From NCBI GenBank assembly GCA_031371765.1, contig JANMKA010000024.1, positions 810 through 64,809 on the forward strand: DNA of 64,000 bases, in the 5' to 3' direction. Position 1 is the stretch's first letter, and every line of letters begins with the position of its first letter. Below, piece after piece: positions 1 through 8,126 of this stretch. Source of the DNA: Blastocatellia bacterium. Lineage in GTDB: Bacteria; Acidobacteriota; Blastocatellia; Pyrinomonadales; Pyrinomonadaceae. The position numbers were made by a program, and so were the translations under genes. The notes below the pieces were generated by a model. It saw only the letters and a list, made by a program, of their open reading frames with translations. It did not search any database and was not told the DNA's origin.

Positions 1-534
1 TCGCGGAAGACAATTCAAGTGCCTCTCGGCGGCGGGTCGATGGTAAGAGAATCCAAACAACCAATTGGCCGGGTCCCGGCCTTACAGCTCGGGAGTTTCA
101 CGTTTAAGAATTCAGTCGCCATTTTCTTTCTTGATAAAACAGGAGTGCTGGCTAGTCCTGAGTTCGACGGCGTCATCGGTGGCGAAATCTTGCGCCGGTT
201 CAAGGTGGTCTTTGACTACTCGCGCCAGCAGATGGTCCTAACACCTAATAGTCAGTTTTCCGCAGCCGACGAAGACGATATGAGCGGTATGCTTTTGACT
301 GCGGAAGGAAGCAATTTCAAAACTCTCAAGGTGCGACATCTTATCGCCGATTCACCTGCAACCGCTGCCGGGGTGCATGAAGGCGATGTGATTGCGGCAG
401 TGAACGGAACACCAAAACTTTCTCTGGAACAAGTGCGAAGAATGTTTAGGAGGGCTGGGCAGAGTTATCGCTTGAGCATCAGCCGCGGCGACGAGAATAT
501 TCACATTAAGATCAGTTTGCGAAGACTGATATGA
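1..534 (+). CDS. Retropepsin-like aspartyl protease / PDZ-domain protein, C-terminal part (5' end outside window)
   Basis: Frame 1 is open from base 1 to the TGA at 532-534. FDGVIGGEILRRFKVVFDYSRQQMVL resembles the C-lobe of bacterial clan-AA aspartyl proteases. SPATAAGVHEGDVIAAVNGTP is a PDZ-type segment. Confidence 0.55.
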   Translation, partial: SRKTIQVPLGGGSMVRESKQPIGRVPALQLGSFTFKNSVAIFFLDKTGVLASPEFDGVIGGEILRRFKVVFDYSRQQMVLTPNSQFSAADEDDMSGMLLTAEGSNFKTLKVRHLIADSPATAAGVHEGDVIAAVNGTPKLSLEQVRRMFRRAGQSYRLSISRGDENIHIKISLRRLI

Positions 535-537
535 CTG

Positions 538-1101
538 ATGAATAAGACGCACTTTATTGCCATCGAATCTGAAAGAGTGCGGCTAAGGCGTTTTACCGCG
601 GCCGACCTTTTGCCATTCCTCGCCTACTTAAACGATCCGGAGGTGGCCCGTTATCAAAGCTGGGAATCTTATAGTGAGCAACAAGCAGCCAAGGTTATCG
701 CGGGCCAAACAGATCTTGAACCCGGTGTTCCGGGCAAGTGGTTCACCTTTGCTGTTGAATTGAAACCCGACGGCGTACTTATCGGGCATGTTGCTTTGAA
801 GATGCTGGACCAGCAGCAGGCCGAGATTGGCTTCACCTTTGCGCGTGCTTACCAGGGAAAAGGTCTCGCGTTTGCCGCGACCTGTCTGGTCCTGGACCAC
901 CTGTTTGCTGAATTAAATCTGCACCGGGTGATAGCAATTGCGGATTGCGAGAATGAACGGTCGGTGGCGTTACTGAAAAGATTGGGGCTGCGGCAGGAAA
1001 GTCACTTCATTGAAAGCATATGGTTCAAAGGAAAATGGGGCGATGAATATCTGTACGCTGTTCTAAAGGAAGAATGGCTGGGAAAGAACACATCGAGCTG
1101 A
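538..1101 (+). CDS. GNAT family N-acetyltransferase (RimJ/RimL-like)
   Basis: 187-aa ORF starting just after the upstream stop. YQGKGLAFAATCLVLDHLF carries the Q/R-x-x-G-x-G/A acetyl-CoA motif. Size is typical. Confidence 0.8.
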   Translation: MNKTHFIAIESERVRLRRFTAADLLPFLAYLNDPEVARYQSWESYSEQQAAKVIAGQTDLEPGVPGKWFTFAVELKPDGVLIGHVALKMLDQQQAEIGFTFARAYQGKGLAFAATCLVLDHLFAELNLHRVIAIADCENERSVALLKRLGLRQESHFIESIWFKGKWGDEYLYAVLKEEWLGKNTSS

Positions 1102-1102
1102 G

Positions 1103-2746
1103 CTACGGCTGCGCATTCGGATCAGCCGCCTTCGCGCCAGGCTTAACGACTCTGGTCGAGCCATCGGAAAACTTCACAGTCAAAGTGCCATCGGCGGCGC
1201 GAAAGAATTTTGGCGCGGAAGTAGCGGAGCCAAAGGCGCGGGTTCCCGATTCACTCGACGGCGCCAGCAAATTGTTTCCCAATTCAGGATTCGGCAGACG
1301 CAGCGCCGGGGCGTTAACCGAACGCCGCGGCCTGGCTTGCTCAGCACTTGCAGCTTTCTGCCATTTGATGACGGCTGATCGTGAGTTCAGCGGCACGGTT
1401 TCTCTTTTCTTATCGTTAGCGCGTTCGCGATCCTTTGCTACCCTTTGCTTTTCGTTAACAAGTTCAGCCGCACGCTCGCGATCAGACGGTTCCTTCTTCT
1501 TTTCGTTTGCACGCTGGTTGGCGTGTTCGCGATCGCTCGCTTCTCGTTTGATATTGCTCACTACTCTGCTGTTAACTGCCGCACGATCTGCTTTCGGCGA
1601 CGTGGGCGTAGGCTCATGAGCATCCGGCGCCTTCGCAACCGCTGGCTTGGAACTTGCGGTAGTCGAACTGCGCTCTTGCGAGTTGTAAAAAATGGCGAAA
1701 GCAACGGCGCCGGCAATAAGCAGCAAAGCGGCGATCGCTACAGGTCCAAAGCGGCGTTGCGACTCGACCATGACCAGGCGCGGTGCCGTTTTGTTCTTGC
1801 TCCGAACTACAGTTTCTTCAACCGGTAAATCTGCTTTTGCCGGCGCGCTCATCTGCAAAGTCACCGGTCCGATATTTATGCGGCCCATGCGTCGCAACGC
1901 CTCGCGGAAATCAGTCGCGTTTGCGTAACGTTCCTCGGGGCGCAACGCCATCGCTTTACTCAGGATGGATGCGACCTGCGGACCAACCGCCGCATAAATC
2001 TTGTTCGCAGGCTGTAGCGGATCCGGCTCAGAATTGATAACTGCCGAGGCGCGCTCCAACGCGTCGGGTGGTTTGATGCCCGTCAACAGGTGATAAAGGG
2101 TGGCGCCCAACGCATAGATATCGCTGCGCGGATCGGTGCGCCGGTCCTCGATCTGTTCGAGTGGCGCATACTGCCGCGTGTAACCAAAGAATCCTCGCGA
2201 GGCTGTAACCGATGTTTCCGCGGGCTTGGCCCGGGCGAGACCAAAGTCGAGCAGCGCTATCTGGCCGCTGGCTGCCAGTTTCAAATTGTGCGGCTTGATG
2301 TCCCGGTGGATGACCTGACGGTCGTGGGAATGCAAATAGATTAGCGCGTCGAGCAATTGATCGGCCCAGGCAATGACCTGATCGCGCGGGAATGGTCCAG
2401 GCTGTTGCGCAATGATTCGAGCAAGATCGACGCCGGCAATGAACTGCATCACCAGAAAGGCGCGATTGCCTTCGACGAAGTGATCGGTAACGCGCGGCAA
2501 CGCGGGATGTTGCAAACTCGCGAGCAGGCGCGCCTCGTGCTCAAACTGCCGGCGCATTGAAGGTTCGGCGGAAAGCGTTTCCTTCAAGGCCACCGTTATG
2601 CCCAACCGTTGATCCACCGCCTCGTAAACGGCGCCCATGCCGCCGCGACCAAGTTTGCGGACAATGCGATAGCGACCCTGGACCAGCGCGTCAATGAGGA
2701 GCGGGGCGTCAGGGATTACGTCATTGAATTCGATGGATGCGCTCAA
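1103..2746 (-). CDS. Membrane-anchored Ser/Thr protein kinase (Hanks type) with charged repeat tail
   Basis: GRGGMGAVYEA glycine loop, VALKE lysine, HRDIKPHNLKL catalytic loop, LLDFGLA, YAPLE. One TM segment (GPVAIAALLLIAGAVAFAIFY), then a K/E/R-rich tail with three DRE(R/H)AN repeats. Confidence 0.9.
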   Translation of the reverse strand: MSASIEFNDVIPDAPLLIDALVQGRYRIVRKLGRGGMGAVYEAVDQRLGITVALKETLSAEPSMRRQFEHEARLLASLQHPALPRVTDHFVEGNRAFLVMQFIAGVDLARIIAQQPGPFPRDQVIAWADQLLDALIYLHSHDRQVIHRDIKPHNLKLAASGQIALLDFGLARAKPAETSVTASRGFFGYTRQYAPLEQIEDRRTDPRSDIYALGATLYHLLTGIKPPDALERASAVINSEPDPLQPANKIYAAVGPQVASILSKAMALRPEERYANATDFREALRRMGRINIGPVTLQMSAPAKADLPVEETVVRSKNKTAPRLVMVESQRRFGPVAIAALLLIAGAVAFAIFYNSQERSSTTASSKPAVAKAPDAHEPTPTSPKADRAAVNSRVVSNIKREASDREHANQRANEKKKEPSDRERAAELVNEKQRVAKDRERANDKKRETVPLNSRSAVIKWQKAASAEQARPRRSVNAPALRLPNPELGNNLLAPSSESGTRAFGSATSAPKFFRAADGTLTVKFSDGSTRVVKPGAKAADPNAQP

Positions 2747-2935
2747 TTAGGGCGACTCCGTAGGAGAGAAGTTTGGATGATTAAGGACTGCGATCTGGGG
2801 CGAGACCGCGGGTGGGACAGGACTGGTTGCTGTCAAAGTGTCGAGAAGGCGACACTGATTGAAGTATACGCTATGCGTTCACAGGCCCACAAGGTGGAGG
2901 CAAAATCAGGAGTGATGCAGTTTGGTATGCATCCT

Positions 2936-3035
2936 CTTTACTTTGCGCTTCTTTGCGAATCCTTAGCGTCCTTTGCGTTAAAAAGCCATCTAACCGCAAG
3001 GAGCGCAAAGTGTTCGCAAAGACTCGCAAAGCAAA
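2936..3035. repeat. Imperfect ~42-bp-stem hairpin built from ~10-nt periodic CTTTGCG words (left arm) and CGCAAAG words (right arm)
   Basis: The left arm tttactttgcgcttctttgcgaatccttagcgtcctttgcg matches the reverse complement of the right arm ccgcaaggagcgcaaagtgttcgcaaagactcgcaaagcaaa at roughly 80 percent of positions, judged by eye. Confidence 0.7.
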
Positions 3036-3054
3036 CTCCATCAGTACAGCAAAT

Positions 3055-3149
3055 CGGGATTGATGCCGATTGGCAATTGCCCATTTCCGATTGGTGTCTA
3101 GCGAATCGGGCCAATTGGCAATCGGCAAGCGAAAATCGGCAATGTCGGG
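3055..3149. repeat. Second low-complexity palindromic element built from GCCGATTGG / CCAATTGGC words
   Basis: gatgccgattggcaattgccc...ccgattgg faces cgggccaattggcaatcggcaagcgaaaatcggcaatgtcggg. Contains the self-palindromes ggcaattgcc and gccaattggc. Confidence 0.55.
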
Positions 3150-3300
3150 ACCCATCCGCTATCGCGGACGGTGACTGACCTCATCACACACAGCAGCCTC
3201 AAATCAAACTGCATCAGCACTGTAAGGTGGGTGTTAGGTTCGCCCGGAAGTAATCAAGTCGTCCGGAGTACCACGCTTTCTGAGCTGCTTGAACTCGCTC

Positions 3301-6300
3301 TCAATCTCCCGCGGCACTGACGCGCTCGGGTTTGTCTGCTTGAACATCAACGCCATCAGCTTCGGCTGCCTGGTGACGCGCACGGCGGCGTCGCGCAGTA
3401 AACTTGCCGCGCACACCAGCGGTCGCACCCGCGAGTTTGCGAAAGCGCGCTGTGTAACGCAGATCGTCGAGCAGCGAATAGACAACCGGCGTGGCAATCA
3501 ACGTCAGCAGCAGCGACAACGTCTGCCCGCCGATGACCACGACTGCGATCGAACGGCGCTCTTCGGCTCCCGGACCAGTACCCAGCGCTAACGGCATCAT
3601 GCCGGCGACCAAAGCCAACGTCGTCATCAGAATCGGTCGCAGCCGATCTCGGTTCCCCTGCATGATCGCTTCGTAACGCTCGATGCCTTTGGCGCGCAAA
3701 CTGTTCATGTGATCGATTTGCAGAATGGAATTCTTCTTGACCACGCCGAACAGGACCAGAATACCCAGCGCCGAATAAAGATTGAGCGTATCCCCGGTGG
3801 CCCATAACGACAGCAACGCAAATGGAACCGAAAGCGGCAAGCTCAACAGAATCGTTAAGGGATGGATGGTGCTTTCAAACTGCGAAGCAAGAATCATGTA
3901 CATGAAAATGATTGAGAGGATGAACGCCCAGATGAATTCTTTGAACGTCCTTTCCAGCTCGCGCGCGCGTCCGGATACCGTCGTTGAGTAGGCCGCCGGT
4001 AAATGCATGTCCGCCGCCGCGCCGCGCAGCGCCTCAATGCGATCGGCAAGCGCGTAACCCGGCGCTACCGAGGCACGTACCGAAGCTAACCGCTCGCGAT
4101 CGAGGCGATCGATGCGCGAAGGACTCGTGTCGCGTTTAATCTTCACCAGGTTATCCAGCCGCACCAGGCCGCCGCGCGACGAAGGCACGTACAGCCGTTC
4201 AATGGTCGCGACATCGCTGCGGTCGCGTTCATCCAAACGCAGTTGCACGTCATAGTCTTCATTGATCGATTCATCGCGAAAGCGCGACGCCCGGTCTTCG
4301 CCGCCAACCATCAAACGCAAGCTGGTGGCGATATCGGAACTATCCACGCCCAGATCCGCGGCGCGCGCGCGATCAATCTCGACACGAAGCTCCGGCTTGT
4401 TAAGTTTTAGTGTCGTGTCGGCATCAACAATCCCGCCCAGTGTTTGCGAACGTCTCATTAGCTCGTCCGCATAGCCCGCCAGGGCAACCACGTCGGGTCC
4501 GCGCAGATTAAAGTCGATATCGAAACGGCCGCCAGCGCCGAAATTGAATGATGGCGCGTTACGAACTCCAGTGCGCATCGGCGCATACTTCCGTAACCGG
4601 CGGCGCACCTCGACCATCACGTCCTGCTGGCTGTAGTTCCCCCTGAATGCGTTCAGCGGATGTCCGTGCCTGGTCTCAGTCCACAAGCGCCCCAGCGAGA
4701 GAGTACGTTCTTCGTGTGGCACGATGCGCACGTAGACGTTGCCCTGATTGACGCCGCCGAGAAATGAACCACCGGCGTTGGCCAACACCATTTGGACACC
4801 GGGCGTGGAACTAATATCTTTTTCGATCGCCTGCATCGTCTCGTTCATGACCGCCAGGTTCGTGCCTTCGGGCCCGTTCACGCTGACTTCAAACTCTGCC
4901 TCGTCAACATTCGTCGGAATGAACTCCTGCTTGACGGCCCGGTAAAGCGGAATGCTGGACAATACGACCGCGATGGCTATCAGCGTGACGGCGGTGCGAT
5001 GACGCATGGCGAAAGCCAGCATGACGGTGTAGGCACTATCGATCCAACGATAAAAGCCCTTGCGTGAACCGGGCTCGTTGTGACCGCCGCCTTTTCCGGC
5101 ATCGTCAGCGCGGATGAGTCGCGAACTCATCATCGGCGTCAAGGTGAACGAAACGAGCAGGCTTACGAGAATTGCAACTGCGGCGGTGATACCGAATTGA
5201 TAGAGAAAACGGCCCGAGATGGACGACATGAACGAGACCGGCAAAAAGATCACTACCAGCGACAGTGTCGTCGCCAGCACCGCCAGGCCGATGTCTCTCG
5301 TAGCCTCGCGCGCGGCCTCTTTCGGCTCAATCTTTTTCTCTTCAATGAAGCGGAAAATATTTTCGAGCACGACGATCGCATCATCGATGACTACGCCGAC
5401 CATCAGCACCAGCGCCAGCATCGTTACGCTGTTGAGCGTGAAGTTTAGCGCACGCATCATGCCGAAAGCGGAAATCAGCGAACACGGAATGGCGACTGCG
5501 GCAATGATCGTCGAACGCCAGGAACGCATGAATAAAAGCACAACCAGACTGGCCAGGATGCTGCCGAGGACCAGATGCTTTTGGATTTCGTGCAGCGCGG
5601 ACTCGATGTAGCGTGACTGGTCGCGAATGACTTCCGCCTTCACGTCGGCCGGCAGCTGGCTGGTAACGCGCGGCAGTTCCCGCTTGATTCCCTTGATTAC
5701 ATCGATGGTGTTGGCCCCTGACTGGCGGCGAATCTCGAGCGTTACGGTCGGTACGCCGTTCAGGCGGGCCAGCGAACGCTGTTCCTTAGTGCCGTCCTCA
5801 ACCCGGCCCACGTCGCGGATGCGAATCGGCGAACCGTTCACATTAGCAATGACCAGATCTTCGAACGCGCGCGGATCGGTATAGCGGCCCAGCGTCCGCA
5901 GCACCAATTCTTCGCGACCCGTGTTGACATTGCCGCCCGGCACGTCCGCGTTCTGGCGGGCGAGGGCGGAGCGAACCGCTGTTACCGGAATTTGATATGC
6001 CGCCAATCGTTCGGCGTCGATCCAAACGTTAATGGCACGATCGAGTCCACCCACGACGCGCACTTCGCCGACGCCTCCAACGCGTTCCAGTTGCACGCGC
6101 ACCGTCTTATCGGCGAGTTCAGTCAACTCGCGAATCGAACGGTCGCCCGAAAGCGCAATCGTAATGACCGGCGTGCTGTCGTTATCAAACTTTTGCACTA
6201 TCGGCGGGGTTGCATCGTCGGGCAGCGTGCGCCCCAGACTGTTGACACGATCGCGCACGTCCTGGGCAGCGGATTCAAGGTTTCGATCGAGTTTGAAAGT

Positions 6301-6582
6301 TGCAATAACGATTGAGGTGCCCTGCCCGGAGATTGAACGCAGCTCATCAATGCCATCGACGGTGTTAACTACTTCTTCAATTTGTTGCGTGACGAGAGAT
6401 TCAACTTCTTCAGCCGAGGCGCCGGGCAGGTTGGTGCGGATACTTACAGTGGGCAAGTCAACGGAAGGAAAGCGATCGACCCCGAGCCTGAAGTAACTTG
6501 CCGAACCGACCACCACCAGCGACAACACGATCATCGTGGCGAAGACCGGACGACGGATACAGATTTCGGCTAGCTTTTGCAT
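3301..6582 (-). CDS. RND (HAE1/AcrB-like) efflux transporter permease
   Basis: 1093-aa ORF with the two-fold 6-TM plus large periplasmic loop organisation and N-terminus MQKLAEICIRRPVFATMIVLSLVVVG, typical of the AcrB/AcrD/AcrF family. The adaptor gene is directly upstream. No outer-membrane factor gene is adjacent. Confidence 0.92.
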   Translation of the reverse strand: MQKLAEICIRRPVFATMIVLSLVVVGSASYFRLGVDRFPSVDLPTVSIRTNLPGASAEEVESLVTQQIEEVVNTVDGIDELRSISGQGTSIVIATFKLDRNLESAAQDVRDRVNSLGRTLPDDATPPIVQKFDNDSTPVITIALSGDRSIRELTELADKTVRVQLERVGGVGEVRVVGGLDRAINVWIDAERLAAYQIPVTAVRSALARQNADVPGGNVNTGREELVLRTLGRYTDPRAFEDLVIANVNGSPIRIRDVGRVEDGTKEQRSLARLNGVPTVTLEIRRQSGANTIDVIKGIKRELPRVTSQLPADVKAEVIRDQSRYIESALHEIQKHLVLGSILASLVVLLFMRSWRSTIIAAVAIPCSLISAFGMMRALNFTLNSVTMLALVLMVGVVIDDAIVVLENIFRFIEEKKIEPKEAAREATRDIGLAVLATTLSLVVIFLPVSFMSSISGRFLYQFGITAAVAILVSLLVSFTLTPMMSSRLIRADDAGKGGGHNEPGSRKGFYRWIDSAYTVMLAFAMRHRTAVTLIAIAVVLSSIPLYRAVKQEFIPTNVDEAEFEVSVNGPEGTNLAVMNETMQAIEKDISSTPGVQMVLANAGGSFLGGVNQGNVYVRIVPHEERTLSLGRLWTETRHGHPLNAFRGNYSQQDVMVEVRRRLRKYAPMRTGVRNAPSFNFGAGGRFDIDFNLRGPDVVALAGYADELMRRSQTLGGIVDADTTLKLNKPELRVEIDRARAADLGVDSSDIATSLRLMVGGEDRASRFRDESINEDYDVQLRLDERDRSDVATIERLYVPSSRGGLVRLDNLVKIKRDTSPSRIDRLDRERLASVRASVAPGYALADRIEALRGAAADMHLPAAYSTTVSGRARELERTFKEFIWAFILSIIFMYMILASQFESTIHPLTILLSLPLSVPFALLSLWATGDTLNLYSALGILVLFGVVKKNSILQIDHMNSLRAKGIERYEAIMQGNRDRLRPILMTTLALVAGMMPLALGTGPGAEERRSIAVVVIGGQTLSLLLTLIATPVVYSLLDDLRYTARFRKLAGATAGVRGKFTARRRRARHQAAEADGVDVQADKPERVSAAGD

Positions 6583-6597
6583 TCATTAACTACGAAC

Positions 6598-6743
6598 TTT
6601 GTGCTTTGTACTTTGGTCTTTGGTCTTTGGACTTAGTTTTTGAGTTTGTCGCCTTAATGTAGGTACGTGAAATCAAAGACCAAAAACCAAAGACCAAAGA
6701 CCAACAACAAAGTACGAAGCACGAAGAACAAAGTACAAAGTAA
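6598..6743. repeat. Heptanucleotide-repeat hairpin element: (TTTGNNC)n left arm, (GNNCAAA)n right arm
   Basis: Left arm: tttgtgc tttgtac tttggtc tttggtc tttggac. Right arm: caaagac caaaaac caaagac caaagac caacaac aaagtac gaagcac gaagaac aaagtac. It fills the spacer between the adaptor stop (6744) and the pump start (6582). Same family as 26597-26740. Confidence 0.8.
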
Positions 6744-8006
6744 TTACTGCACTACTTCGACAGCCATTCCAGATTGCAAATTCCCCGGGTCGACGATCAC
6801 CTGATCGCCGACGTTAACGCCGGCGACGATCTCGGTCCAGTCGCCGTTGCGGCGGCCGGTGGTAATGGGTTTCTCCAGGGCTTTGCCGTTTTGCACGACG
6901 ATGACTTTTTCGATACCAGCGAAAGTTACGATAGAACTATTCGGCACCGTGATGGCCATCTTTGCGTCGTTGGTGACAATTTCGGCCTTGGCAAAAGAGC
7001 CGGGCCGCAACAGTCCATTATTTTGCACGTCGGCTTCGACCATCAGCATGCGGTTCTGTGCCGTGATGACCGGACTTAGTCTTTTGATCTGCCCGAGGTA
7101 AACATTCGCATCGCCGGCGACGGTAACGCGAACGCTTTGTCCAAAGCGCACCGTGCCAGCATCGCGCTCGGGAACTTCCGCCTGCAGCCGCAGCGGATTC
7201 ATGCGAACAATATCGACGACCGGTGCGCCAGCCGCGAGGTATTCGCCAACGCTCGCGCGCTTCTGTTGCACGATACCATCCAGCGGCGCATAGACCGCGG
7301 TGTCCCCAAGTTGCTGGCGCGCTAATGAAAGTTCAGAACGACGTTGCGCCACGAGTGCCTGGCGATTGCGAATCTCCTCGATCGCATCTTGATAACGGCT
7401 GACCGCAACTTTGTATCCGGCGTCGGCGGTATCAAACTCTGAGCGCGCGACAATTCCCTGCTGCACAAGTTTTGCAGCGCGGTCGCGGCTCACTTTTGCT
7501 TCGTCCAGGACTGCGCGTGCCTGCCTGACCGTTCCGGTCTGTTCGGGATTCACGGCATCGTCTTTTCCATCAGGCGACAGACCCACACGCGCGCGTGCCT
7601 GAGCAAGCGCGGCTTCCGCTTGTTGCACACGCAGCTTGTAGTCGCTCGCCTCGACCTGCGCCACCATCTGTCCGCGGCGCACCACGCTGCCGAGATCGAC
7701 AGAGATCGTACTCAGGCGGCCTGCAACTTTGGCGCTGGCGGTCGATTGATCATATGCCGCGAGCGTGCCGTTCGCGGTTACAGTTTCACCAAAGGCCATC
7801 TGTTCGACGCGCGCGACTTTCACCTGGCGCGCGCCCTTGTCTGTGGGCGTGTTTTGATTGGCGCCACTTTGATAGCCACTCTTGCAGCCTGCGGCTAACA
7901 GGAGCAGTAGCAGCGGTGCGACCTGAATAGCGCGGAGCAGTTTCGGAAGAAACGGGTGGAGGAATTCGTTTGACGATTGCATGCGGGGCAATCTTAACCC
8001 AGGCAA
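6744..8006 (-). CDS. Efflux RND transporter periplasmic adaptor (membrane fusion protein), lipoprotein
   Basis: LLLLLAAGC lipobox, coiled-coil hairpin region (ALAQARARV...EAKVSRDRAAKL) and beta-barrel C-terminal half typical of the HlyD/AcrA family. The true start may be the Met at 7982. Confidence 0.88.
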   Translation of the reverse strand: MPGLRLPRMQSSNEFLHPFLPKLLRAIQVAPLLLLLLAAGCKSGYQSGANQNTPTDKGARQVKVARVEQMAFGETVTANGTLAAYDQSTASAKVAGRLSTISVDLGSVVRRGQMVAQVEASDYKLRVQQAEAALAQARARVGLSPDGKDDAVNPEQTGTVRQARAVLDEAKVSRDRAAKLVQQGIVARSEFDTADAGYKVAVSRYQDAIEEIRNRQALVAQRRSELSLARQQLGDTAVYAPLDGIVQQKRASVGEYLAAGAPVVDIVRMNPLRLQAEVPERDAGTVRFGQSVRVTVAGDANVYLGQIKRLSPVITAQNRMLMVEADVQNNGLLRPGSFAKAEIVTNDAKMAITVPNSSIVTFAGIEKVIVVQNGKALEKPITTGRRNGDWTEIVAGVNVGDQVIVDPGNLQSGMAVEVVQ

Positions 8007-8057
8007 TGAAGAGGGGCGAAACTGGCAGCAGTAAACGAGAAAAGCGGGGCTGCCTGA

Positions 8058-8114
8058 GTGGCATAGACTTCAGTCTGTGCTTACTCAGGCAACACAAACT
8101 TTAGTCTATGCCAC
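8058..8114. repeat. REP-like element: two inverted 22-nt units GTGGCAYAGACTTYAGTCTGTG
   Basis: gtggcatagacttcagtctgtg (8058-8079) and cacaaactttagtctatgccac (8093-8114) are reverse complements of each other, and each unit is itself palindromic. The same unit recurs at 16836-16905, 17915-18002, 20221-20245 and 22701-22786. Confidence 0.8.
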
Positions 8115-8126
8115 TTCGCTCCCGAC

